Shown here: positions 54,891 through 64,000 of the stretch, piece by piece
How positions within the stretch are numbered: the first letter of the stretch is position 1
How the letters are laid out: every line of letters starts with the position of its first letter
Source of the DNA: an uncultured delta proteobacterium
GTDB taxonomy: Bacteria > Desulfobacterota > Zymogenia > Zymogenales > Zymogenaceae
Length of the DNA: 64,000 nt
Assembly: GCA_963792965.1 (NCBI GenBank)
Contig: CAWBYW010000011.1
Coordinates: 94,944 to 158,943, forward strand
Direction of reading: 5' to 3'
Notes under the pieces: generated by a model
What the model saw: the letters and a program-made list of their open reading frames with translations, nothing else
Database searches by the model: none
Told to the model about the DNA's origin: nothing
Program-made: the position numbers and the translations under genes

Positions 54891-55292
54891 ATGATGGACG
54901 AGTTTACCGTTGAGACGAAACGGCGCATGGAGATGATCGATATCACCGACCGGGTCAACGGGATCGTCCGGGAGTCGGGCGTCGAGCACGGGATCTGCGT
55001 CGTCTTCGTTCCCCATACGACGGCGGCCGTCACCATCAACGAGAACGCAGACCCCGACGTGCCGGCCGACATCATCGCCACGCTCGGCGGGCTCATCCCC
55101 CAGCGAGGACAATACCGACATGCCGAGGGGAACTCGGACGCTCATCTGAAGTCAAGCCTCGTAGGCGCCTCCGAGACCGTCATCGTCGAGGGGGGGAGGC
55201 TCGTGCTCGGGACGTGGCAGTCGCTCTTTTTCTGTGAGTTCGACGGGCCGCGAAGAAGGAAAGTACACGTAACCGTAATCCCGGGGCGATAA
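54891..55292 (+). CDS. yjbQ: YjbQ/UPF0047 family protein
   Basis: PHTTAAVTINENADPDV, EGNSDAH, LGTWQ, EFDGPR. Confidence 0.93.
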   Translation: MMDEFTVETKRRMEMIDITDRVNGIVRESGVEHGICVVFVPHTTAAVTINENADPDVPADIIATLGGLIPQRGQYRHAEGNSDAHLKSSLVGASETVIVEGGRLVLGTWQSLFFCEFDGPRRRKVHVTVIPGR

Positions 55293-55347
55293 AGGAATTA
55301 TGGTGACACCATAATTCCAAAATCATCTATCTAATAAGGAAACTCCC

Positions 55348-56313
55348 ATGCGCATTCTCTCCGGCATTCAGCCCTCGGGCACGCTGCACATCGGCAACTA
55401 CTTCGGCATGATGCGGCAAATGATCCGCTATCAGCAGGAACATACGCTGTTCGTTTTCATCGTTAACTACCACGCGCTGACGTCCGTTTCGGACGGCGGA
55501 CGCCTTGCGCGCGATACACTGTCGGCGGCGGCGGATTTCCTGGCGCTCGGGCTCGATCCTGAGAAATGCTATTTCTGGGTGCAGGGAGACGTGCCGGAGG
55601 TAACGGAGCTGACCTGGATCCTCAGCAACGTCACGCCGATGGGGCTCTTGGAGCGCGCCCACAGCTACAAGGACAAGCTCGCCAAGGGTATCGCCCCCAA
55701 CCACGGGCTCTTTGCCTACCCGGTGCTGATGGCCGCCGATATCCTGCTGTATCAGGCCGATCGCGTTCCCGTGGGGAAGGACCAGAAGCAGCACCTCGAG
55801 ATGACGCGGGATATCGCGATGCGTTTCAACTTCACCTACGGCGACACCTTCGTCGTGCCGGAGGCGGAGATCGACGAGGGGATGGCGGTGATCCCCGGCG
55901 TCGACGGCCAGAAGATGAGCAAGTCCTACGGCAACACGATCGACATCTTCGAGGACGAGGCCGAGCTGAAAAAGAAGGTCATGAGCGTCGTCACCGACTC
56001 AAAGGGGGTGGCCGAGATCAAGGACCCCGACCACGACAACCTCTTTGCCCTGATCAGCCTCTTCATGACGAAAGAGGAGAGGGAGGCGCTGCGGGCACGG
56101 TATCTTGCCCCGGGGCTCAAGTATTCGGAGGTGAAGAAGGAGCTTGCCGCCAGGATCTGGGACTTCTTTGCGCCCTATCGCGCCAAGCGCGCCGAATTGA
56201 TGAAACGCCCAGACGACATCCGCGACATCCTCAAGAAGGGCGCCGCAAAGACACGGGCGGAAGGGGTCAAGACGCTCGAGGTGGTGAGGCAGAAGGTGGG
56301 GCTGGTCTACTGA
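55348..56313 (+). CDS. trpS: Tryptophanyl-tRNA synthetase
   Basis: SGIQPSGTLHIGNY, YPVLMAADIL, GKDQKQH, KMSKS. Confidence 0.97.
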   Translation: MRILSGIQPSGTLHIGNYFGMMRQMIRYQQEHTLFVFIVNYHALTSVSDGGRLARDTLSAAADFLALGLDPEKCYFWVQGDVPEVTELTWILSNVTPMGLLERAHSYKDKLAKGIAPNHGLFAYPVLMAADILLYQADRVPVGKDQKQHLEMTRDIAMRFNFTYGDTFVVPEAEIDEGMAVIPGVDGQKMSKSYGNTIDIFEDEAELKKKVMSVVTDSKGVAEIKDPDHDNLFALISLFMTKEEREALRARYLAPGLKYSEVKKELAARIWDFFAPYRAKRAELMKRPDDIRDILKKGAAKTRAEGVKTLEVVRQKVGLVY

Positions 56314-56883
56314 TTACTTCATCGGGAGTTTTTTGTTCTGAGTCAGCAGATCGATCGCCTCTCTAAGCCGCTTCATTTGGGTTTCTTGTTTCCTTGCGGC
56401 GGTTATCCATTTCACGTAGAGCCTTCTCTGAGAATCGGAAAGCCTGTTGAAATTCCCCCATGCCGGTTCGCTTGCCCTCATAATCTCGGCTAGATGCGGG
56501 GGCAGGGTGATGTTGTCATCTTGTGGTTTTTCGCTTGAGTCATCCGTATCACTGCCGAGGCTCGCCGGTAATTTCTTGAGCCCCGCGTCCGTCATCCTTC
56601 CCTCGTTAATCATCTTGAGGGCTCGTTTTCTGTTGGCATTGGACCATTTCTCTGTATCGGTGCGGGGGGTAAATTTCTGGGCGTAGGTCTCATCGTCGAT
56701 CCTCCTGACAATGCTGTCTATCCACCCGAAACAGATGGCCTCCTGGACGGCGTCCTCATACAGGATCGTCGGCTTTCGCGTATGCTTTTTGTAGAAAACC
56801 AGCCAAATCTCCTTTTCCTTCAGATGGTTAGCTTCAAGCCACTCGCGCCACTCGTCCGACCCCGTTGCATATATTGTCTTCAC
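56314..56883 (-). CDS. YdeI/OmpD-associated family protein
   Basis: WREWLEANH, EAICFGWIDS, KFTPR..WS..N, WITAARKQET..KRL. Confidence 0.9.
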   Translation of the reverse strand: MKTIYATGSDEWREWLEANHLKEKEIWLVFYKKHTRKPTILYEDAVQEAICFGWIDSIVRRIDDETYAQKFTPRTDTEKWSNANRKRALKMINEGRMTDAGLKKLPASLGSDTDDSSEKPQDDNITLPPHLAEIMRASEPAWGNFNRLSDSQRRLYVKWITAARKQETQMKRLREAIDLLTQNKKLPMK

Positions 56884-57080
56884 GTTTGCCCCGTTACCCG
56901 GTTAGTTCGAGATTCATCCTACTATACCATATTTCCGACAGGAGGGAGTCTCTCCGAAAAGGGATAGGGGCATATTATTCCCTGGCCTTTCCTCTTGACG
57001 TTTTCCCAAAAATATGCGATAGTTATCAAGTCTATTTTTTCTCATGTGGAAAAACCTTTCCGTACTAACAGGAGGGACGG

Positions 57081-58106
57081 ATGAAAAGAAAATCATTTGC
57101 GGTCATACCGCTGGTCATTCTCGGTATCATGGCGATGGCGACGATTGCCGCCGCCCAGGAGCTGACCTTCGACAACGCCTGGAGCTTCTCCGAGGGCCTC
57201 GCGCGGGTCGAGGTCAATAAACAGATCGGCTACATCGATAAGACCGGAAAATTTGTCATCTCTCCGTCGTTCACGCGCGAGTCGATCTTCTACGCCCCCG
57301 CGTACGACTTCCATAACGGTCTCGCCCGCTTCATCATGTCCGACAAGCCCGGTTTCATCGATAAAACGGGCAAGACCGTGATCCTGGCAAACCTGGACGA
57401 CGCATGGGATTTCTCCGAGGGCCTGGCCCGATTCAAGTCCGGGAAAAAGATCGGCTTCATCGATCCGAAGGGTACCGTCGTTATTCCGGCGACCTTCGAT
57501 GACGCCCGGCCTTTCTCCGGGGGCCTGGCGGCGGTACAGATCGGGGACAAGTACGGATTTGTCGATAAGAAGGGAGCCATGGTCATCCCGGCGACATATG
57601 ACGACGCGGGTGACTTTTCCGAGGGCCTGTGCGCGGTGAAGCCGGACGACACGTGGGGCTTTATCGACGCCAAGGGGACGATGGTCGTCGCGCCGGCGTA
57701 CGGCGACGCCAAGGCATTCTCCGAGGGTCTTGCCGCGGTCGAGGTCGGCAGGAAGTGGGGATACATCGACAAGACCGGTGCGATGACTATCGCGCCCGCC
57801 TTCAAGGATCCCGGCCCCTTCTCAGGGGGACTGGCGGCGGTGGAGTCCGAGGGAAATAACGGCTATATCGACAAGACCGGTAAGCTCGTGATCCCGGCGA
57901 CCTTTGACAATATCGACACCTTCAAGGAAGGACTCGCCGCAGTGGAGAAAGGCGGCAAGTGGGGCTATATCGATAAGACCGGCAAATTGATCATCGAGCC
58001 GCGTTTTGACCGCGCAAACGAATTTTCGCAGGGGCTTGCCGCGGTCGAGATAGGGGATCGCTGGGGCTTCGTCGACAAGATGGGGAAGATGCTCGGGGGT
58101 AAATAG
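57081..58106 (+). CDS. Secreted WG-repeat (KWG) protein
   Basis: Signal peptide then about 9 repeats of F[SH]EGLA.V....WG[FY]ID..G. Confidence 0.92.
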   Translation: MKRKSFAVIPLVILGIMAMATIAAAQELTFDNAWSFSEGLARVEVNKQIGYIDKTGKFVISPSFTRESIFYAPAYDFHNGLARFIMSDKPGFIDKTGKTVILANLDDAWDFSEGLARFKSGKKIGFIDPKGTVVIPATFDDARPFSGGLAAVQIGDKYGFVDKKGAMVIPATYDDAGDFSEGLCAVKPDDTWGFIDAKGTMVVAPAYGDAKAFSEGLAAVEVGRKWGYIDKTGAMTIAPAFKDPGPFSGGLAAVESEGNNGYIDKTGKLVIPATFDNIDTFKEGLAAVEKGGKWGYIDKTGKLIIEPRFDRANEFSQGLAAVEIGDRWGFVDKMGKMLGGK

Positions 58107-58130
58107 GCACTCCAGAATGGATCTATACTG

Positions 58131-58160
58131 CCGCGGCCGGATATCCGGCCGCGGTTTTTT
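58131..58160 (+). terminator. Intrinsic terminator after the WG-repeat gene
   Basis: CCGCGGCCGG-ATAT-CCGGCCGCGG followed by TTTTTT. Confidence 0.8.
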
Positions 58161-58316
58161 GTGTCATAACCATGATAGAAGAGGACAGCCGCTCATATAC
58201 GTCTATTATGCCGCCGGGAAGCATCAACAGGGCGTGAAAAATGACCACGGTTGCCCCTTGCCGAGAAGATATATCTGACGTATAATAAAACAAATCAGGA
58301 AAACGAGGAGGGGCAG

Positions 58317-58950
58317 ATGGATCCGAAAGTCAGGGACGAATTCACCAGAAAGTGGAAGAAATATTTCAACAAGGCCGAGCTTCCCATTGCCTTCTACTAT
58401 ACCGATACCGCGGATAAAACGGCCATGCTACAGCCCACGACCGCGCACCGTTGCGTGATCGCCAACGTCGTCGGCGTCCGCAAGGGAAAGACGGTGGCGT
58501 TTGACAACGACACGATCGGCTGTTTCGGGGGCAGGCGCTACCTCGGGTATTCGCAGACCATCCGGCCCGAGTTTGAATATTTCCTATCCTGCGGCATACC
58601 CGGGAAACTGGAAGGAGAGCGCTACAAGAAATCTCCCGAGCTGGTCAAGAAGCTGATGGAGAGCGCCCCCCCGTTTACCGCCCCAAAGAAATACGTCGTC
58701 TTTAAACCGTGGGACAAGCTCGATAGGGCCGACGAGCCCGAGGTCGTCGTCTTCTTTGCCCCTCCGGATGTCCTTTCCGGCCTCTTTACTCTGGCGGGCT
58801 TCGATGAGTCCGATGTCAACGGCGTCACCTGTCCCTCGGCGCGGGGTGCGCATCCATCGTACAGTACCCATGCTGGAAGCTAAAAAGAAGGCCCAAAGGC
58901 GGTGCTTGGGATGTTTGATGTCTCGGCCAGGCCCTTTGTCCCCGAGGGCC
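58317..58950 (+). CDS. DUF169-type protein, frameshifted near 58836 and apparently 3'-truncated
   Basis: CFGGRRYLG, FLSCGIPGKLEGERYKKSPE, PEVVVFFAPPDVLSGL, GMFDVSARP. Confidence 0.7.
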
Positions 58951-59969
58951 TCCCACTAACAGGACTACAAGACCCGCTTTCTCGTGAGAAAGGTGTGGTC
59001 GGATAGTATCTTCCACATTCGGCGGCTCCAGCTACGTCCTGTACCGCTCGCCATCGACAAGGTCTCCGACAAGATCAAGGACCATCACAGGCACCACAGC
59101 AATAATAACAGCAGCAACAATAACGGCAACAGCGAGAGGAGCGGGGGCTCCGGCAGCAGGCAACGGAGGTTCGGGGAAGCCGTGCAATTGGGTCACGCCC
59201 GGCTTTGCCGATGATGCCGTGATCTCCATCGGCGATCTGTGGTCTTGGTGGCCGCCCAGTTAGTCGGTGAGACCTCAAGCACACCCTTGCCGGCCCGAAA
59301 CCTGACGGGCCGGCTTACGGCCGGGGAGAACCTTGACAGGGGGCGAGGCGGATGGATAACGTGTATTGTGTGCTTCGTCTATCGTATATCACGCTAATGA
59401 TCGCACTCGTCGGCGCTTGGTGAGGATATCGTCTCCGATCTTTGATGGGGCCTGGCGACGGGCTCCTTCCGCGGGCGGTTTCGGTATCCGCAGCCGGCGC
59501 CGCCGACGAGTGCGATCATTAGCGTGATATACGATAGACGAAGCACACAATACACGTTATCCATCCGCCTCGCCCCCTGTCAAGGTTCTCCCCGGCCGTA
59601 AGCCGGCCCGTCAGGTTTCGGGCCGGCAAGGGCGTGCTTGAGGTCTCACCGACTAACTGGGCGGCCACCAAGACCACAGATCGCCGATCCAGATCACGGC
59701 ATCATCCGAGCCGGGCGTGACCGATCCGCCGCTTCCCGAACTCCGTTGCCTCCCGAGCCTCCGCTGTTTCCGGAGCCGCCGCTGTTGCCGCTGTTGCCGT
59801 TATTGTTGCTGCTGTTATTATTGCTGTGGTGCTTGTGATGGTCCTTGATCTTGTCGGAGACCTTGTCGATGGTGCGGTACAGGACGTAGCTGGAGCCGCC
59901 GAACTCGACGATGGATTCCGACCACACCTTTCTCGGCGAAAGCGGTCTTGTAGTCCTGCATGTTGGAGG

Positions 59970-60604
59970 CCCTCGGGGACAAAGGGCCTGGCCGAGACAT
60001 CAAACATCCCAAGCACCGCCTTTGGGCGCTCCTTCTTGGCTTCCAGCATCGGGTACTGTACGATGGATGCGCACCCCGCGCCGAAGGGACAGGTGACGCC
60101 GTTGACATCGGACTCATCGAAGCCCGCCAGCGTAAAGAGGCCGGAGAGGACGTCCGGAGGGGCAAAGAAGACGACGACCTCGGGCTTGTTGGCCCTATCG
60201 AGCTTGTCCCACGGTTTAAAGACGACGTAGCGGTTTGGGGGGGTAAACGGGGGGGCGCTCTCCATCAGCTTCTTGACCAGCTCGGGAGATTTCTTGTAGC
60301 GCCCTCCTTCCAGTTTCCCGGGTATGCCGCAGGATAGGAAATATTCAAACTCGGGCCGGATGGTCTGCGAATACCCGAGGTAGCGCCTGCCCCCGAAACA
60401 GCCGATCGTGTCGTTGTCAAACGCCACCGTCTTTCCCTTGCGGACGCCGACGACGTTGGCGATCACGAAACGGTGCGCGGTCGTGGGCTGTAGCATGGCC
60501 GCCTCGTCCACGGTATCGGTATAGTAGAAAGCAATGGGAAGCTCGGCCTTGTTGAAATATTTCTTCCACTTTCTGGTGAATTCGTCCCTGACTTTCGGAT
60601 CCAT
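59970..60604 (-). CDS. Inverted copy of the DUF169-type gene, in frame through PFGAGCASI and GMFDVSARPFVPEG
   Basis: ORF 59702-60670 mirrors 58317-58950. Confidence 0.6.
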
Positions 60605-60815
60605 CTGCCCCTCCTCATTTTTCTGATTTGTTTTATTATACGTCAGATATATCTCCTCGGCAAGGGGCAACCGTGGTCATTTTTCACGCCCTGTTGATGT
60701 CTTCCCGGCGGCATAATAGACGTATATGAGCGGCTGTCCTTTTCTATCATGGTTATGACACAAAAAACCGCGGCCGGATATCCGGCCGCGGCAGTATAGA
60801 TCCATTCTGGAGTGC

Positions 60816-61841
60816 CTATTTCCCCCCGAGCATCTTCCCCATCTTATCGACGAAGCCCCAGCGACCCCTATCTTGATCCGCGGCAAGCCCCTGCGAAAAT
60901 TCGTTTGCGCGATCAAAACGCGGCTCGATGATGAATTTGCCAGTCTTATCGATATAGCCCCACTTGCCGCCTTTCTCCACTGCGGCGAGTCCTTCCTTGA
61001 AGGTGTCGATATTGTCAAAGGTCGCCGGGATCACGAGCTTACCGGTCTTGTCGATATAGCCGTTATTTCCCTCGGACTCCACCGCCGCCAGTCCCCCTGA
61101 GAAGGGGCCGGGATCCTTGAAGGTGGGCGCGATAGTCATCGCACCGGTCTTGTCGATGTATCCCCACTTCCTGCCGACCTCGACCGCGGCAAGACCCTCG
61201 GAGAATGCCTTGGCGTCGCCGTACGCCGGCGCGACGACCATCGTCCCCTTGGCGTCGATAAAGCCCCACTTGTCGTCCGGCTTCACCACGCACAGGCCCT
61301 CGGAAAAGTCACCCGCGTCGTCATATGTCGCCGGGATGACCATGGCTCCCTTCTTATCGACAAATCCGTACTTGTCCCCGATCTGTACCGCCGCCAGGCC
61401 CCCGGAGAAAGGCCGGGCGTCATCGAAGGTCGCCGGAATAACGACGGTACCCTTCGGATCGATGAAGCCGATCTTTTTCCCGGACTTGAATCGGGCCAGG
61501 CCCTCGGAGAAATCCCATGCGTCGTCCAGGTTCGCCAGGATCACGGTCTTGCCCGTTTTATCGATGAAACCGGGCTTGTCGGACATGATGAAGCGGGCGA
61601 GACCGTTATGGAAGTCGTACGCGGGGGCGTAGAAGATCGACTCGCGCGTGAACGACGGAGAGATGACAAATTTTCCGGTCTTATCGATGTAGCCGATCTG
61701 TTTATTGACCTCGACCCGCGCGAGGCCCTCGGAGAAGCTCCAGGCGTTGTCGAAGGTCAGCTCCTGGGCGGCGGCAATCGTCGCCATCGCCATGATGCCG
61801 AGAATGACCAGCGGTACGACCGCAAGATATCTTCTTTTCAT
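60816..61841 (-). CDS. Inverted copy of the WG-repeat protein
   Basis: Near-identical to 57081-58106. Confidence 0.6.
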   Translation of the reverse strand: MKRRYLAVVPLVILGIMAMATIAAAQELTFDNAWSFSEGLARVEVNKQIGYIDKTGKFVISPSFTRESIFYAPAYDFHNGLARFIMSDKPGFIDKTGKTVILANLDDAWDFSEGLARFKSGKKIGFIDPKGTVVIPATFDDARPFSGGLAAVQIGDKYGFVDKKGAMVIPATYDDAGDFSEGLCVVKPDDKWGFIDAKGTMVVAPAYGDAKAFSEGLAAVEVGRKWGYIDKTGAMTIAPTFKDPGPFSGGLAAVESEGNNGYIDKTGKLVIPATFDNIDTFKEGLAAVEKGGKWGYIDKTGKFIIEPRFDRANEFSQGLAADQDRGRWGFVDKMGKMLGGK

Positions 61842-62038
61842 CCGTCCCTCCTACATTTTGAGAAAGGTTTTTCCACATGAGAAAAAATAGACTTGATAAC
61901 TATCGCATATTTTTGGGAAAACGTCAAGAGGAAAGGCCAGGGAATAATATGCCCCTATCCCTTTTCGGAGAGACTCCCTCCTGTCGGAAATATGGTATAG
62001 TAGGATGAATCTCGAACTAACCGGGTAACGGGGCAAAC

Positions 62039-62608
62039 GTGAAGACAATATATGCAACGGGGTCCGACGAGTGGCGCGAGTGGCTTGAAGCTAACCATCT
62101 GAAGGAAAAGGAGATTTGGCTGGTTTTCTACAAAAAGCATACGCGAAAGCCGACGATCCTGTATGAGGACGCCGTCCAGGAGGCCATCTGTTTCGGGTGG
62201 ATAGACAGCATTGTCAGGAGGATCGACGATGAGACCTACGCCCAGAAATTTACCCCCCGCACCGATACAGAGAAATGGTCCAATGCCAACAGAAAACGAG
62301 CCCTCAAGATGATTAACGAGGGAAGGATGACGGACGCGGGGCTCAAGAAATTACCGGCGAGCCTCGGCAGTGATACGGATGACTCAAGCGAAAAACCACA
62401 AGATGAAAACATCACCCTGCCCCCGCATCTAGCCGAGATTATGAGGGCAAGCGAACCGGCATGGGGGAATTTCAACAGGCTTTCCGATTCTCAGAGAAGG
62501 CTCTACGTGAAATGGATAACCGCCGCAAGGAAACAAGAAACCCAAATGAAGCGGCTTAGAGAGGCGATCGATCTGCTGACTCAGAACAAAAAACTCCCGA
62601 TGAAGTAA
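62039..62608 (+). CDS. Inverted copy of the YdeI/OmpD-associated protein
   Basis: One aa difference (QDDN/QDEN) from 56314-56883. Confidence 0.6.
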   Translation: MKTIYATGSDEWREWLEANHLKEKEIWLVFYKKHTRKPTILYEDAVQEAICFGWIDSIVRRIDDETYAQKFTPRTDTEKWSNANRKRALKMINEGRMTDAGLKKLPASLGSDTDDSSEKPQDENITLPPHLAEIMRASEPAWGNFNRLSDSQRRLYVKWITAARKQETQMKRLREAIDLLTQNKKLPMK

Positions 62609-63566
62609 TCAGTAGACCAGCCCCACCTTCTGCCTCACCACCTCGAGCGTCTTGACCCCTTCCGCCCGTGTCTTTGCGGCGCCCTTCTTGAGGATGTCGC
62701 GGATGTCGTCTGGGCGTTTCATCAATTCGGCGCGCTTGGCGCGATAGGGCGCAAAGAAGTCCCAGATCCTGGCGGCAAGCTCCTTCTTCACCTCCGAATA
62801 CTTGAGCCCCGGGGCAAGATACCGTGCCCGCAGCGCCTCCCTCTCCTCTTTCGTCATGAAGAGGCTGATCAGGGCAAAGAGGTTGTCGTGGTCGGGGTCC
62901 TTGATCTCGGCCACCCCCTTTGAGTCGGTGACGACGCTCATGACCTTCTTTTTCAGCTCGGCCTCGTCCTCGAAGATGTCGATCGTGTTGCCGTAGGACT
63001 TGCTCATCTTCTGGCCGTCGACGCCGGGGATCACCGCCATCCCCTCGTCGATCTCCGCCTCCGGCACGACGAAGGTGTCGCCGTAGGTGAAGTTGAAACG
63101 CATCGCGATATCCCGCGTCATCTCGAGGTGCTGCTTCTGGTCCTTCCCCACGGGAACGCGATCGGCCTGGTAAAGGAGAATATCGGCGGCCATCAGCACC
63201 GGGTAGGCAAAGAGCCCGTGGTTGGGGGCGATACCCTTGGCGAGCTTGTCCTTGTAGCTGTGGGCGCGCTCCAAGAGGCCCATCGGCGTGACGTGCTGAG
63301 CATCCAGGTCAGCTCCGCTACCTCCGGCATGTCCCCCTGGGCCAGAAAGAGCATTTCTCGGGGTCGAGCCCGAGCGCCAGGAAATCCGCCGCGGCCGACA
63401 GGGTTCGCGCGCAGGGCGTCCGCCGTCCGAACGGACGTCATCGCGTGGTAGTCAACGATGAAAACCAACATTGTTTGTGCCTGCAGATCGCGGAGCTGCC
63501 CATCGCGCCGAAGTAGTTGCCGATGTGCAGCGTGCCCGATGGCTGAATGCCGGAAAGGATGCGCAT
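62609..63566 (-). pseudogene. trpS: Inverted copy of trpS, frameshifted in its 5' part (~63290-63520); probably an artefactual copy
   Basis: C-terminal 224 aa identical to 55348-56313; 5' part has clustered indels. Confidence 0.55.
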
Positions 63567-63622
63567 GGGAGTTTCCTTATTAGATACATGATTTTGGAAA
63601 TTATGGTGTCACCATAATTCCT

Positions 63623-63980
63623 TTATCGCCCCGGGATTACGGTTACGTGTACTTTCCTTCTTCGCGGCCCGTCGAACTCACAGAAAAAGAGCGACTGCCA
63701 CGTCCCGAGCACTGAGCCTCCCCCCCTCGACGATGACGGTCTCGGAGGCGCCTACGAGGCTTGACTTCAGATGAGCGTCCGAGTTCCCCTCGGCATGTCG
63801 GTATTGTCCTCGCTGGGCTCTCAGCCCGCCGAGCGTGGCGATGATGTCGGCCGGCACGTCGGGGTCTGCGTTCTCGTTGATGGTGACGGCCGCCGTCGTA
63901 TGGGGAACGAAAAAGACGACGCAGATCCCGTGCTCGACGCCCGACTCCCGGACGATCCCGTTGACCCGGTCGGTGATATC
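63623..63980 (-). pseudogene. Partial inverted copy of yjbQ, lacking the 5' end and with indels
   Basis: Mirror of 54939-55292. Confidence 0.55.
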
Positions 63981-64000
63981 ATACGATAAGCAAAATATTG

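Larger units (their letters stand above)
54939..63980. repeat. Long inverted repeat: arms 54939-59415 and 59501-63980, ~85-nt unpaired apex
   Basis: Right arm is the reverse complement of the left; mirrored coordinates sum to 118914-118922 at trpS, ydeI, WG gene and apex; scattered substitutions and indels. Confidence 0.97.

Noticed and set aside
55293-55347. T-box or attenuator leader for trpS
   Set aside because: The intergenic space is only ~55 bp, with no T-box motif or Trp-codon leader
57081-58106. Regularly spaced repeats suggestive of a CRISPR or DGR array
   Set aside because: They are degenerate in-frame WG protein repeats; no identical direct repeats with unique spacers, and no cas or reverse transcriptase gene
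59416-59500. Hairpin telomere of a linear replicon
   Set aside because: The apex lies within an apparent gene start among chromosomal genes, is not a short perfect palindrome, and no protelomerase is present; retained only as an alternative

Overview
GC-rich bacterial chromosomal window, most likely from an anaerobic Desulfobacterota/'Deltaproteobacteria'-type organism; the ftsH-folP-glmM-acpS-nnr-tsaE-lysC-cimA-comEA order suggests this, but taxonomy is inference. The sequence behaves like a low-coverage long-read consensus, because many genes, including normally essential ones (folP, acpS), carry isolated indel frameshifts. Left to right: (1) an unusual catabolic operon of two paralogous M24-fold hydrolases, an SCP2-Gfo/Idh/MocA fusion and a beta-keto-acid cleavage enzyme; (2) a Tat sulfatase with its radical-SAM maturase; (3) an AT-richer block ending at tRNA-Arg(TCG), with two stand-alone V4R proteins, a 4-PAS/3-REC/Hpt hybrid kinase, a receiver protein, an internally deleted IS3-family remnant and MarR-TauE; (4) a housekeeping cluster; (5) an acyl-CoA metabolism region with AMP- and ADP-forming ligases, a tandem V4R duplication, an acyl-CoA dehydrogenase, a divergent AbfD-like Fe-S dehydratase and TetR; (6) stress, redox and miscellaneous genes; (7) a ~4.5-kb-per-arm inverted repeat (54939-59415 / 59501-63980) duplicating trpS and neighbours, probably a fold-back artefact. 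No CRISPR array, rRNA, integrase or intact transposase was seen. All family calls come from motif recognition by eye, not database searches.
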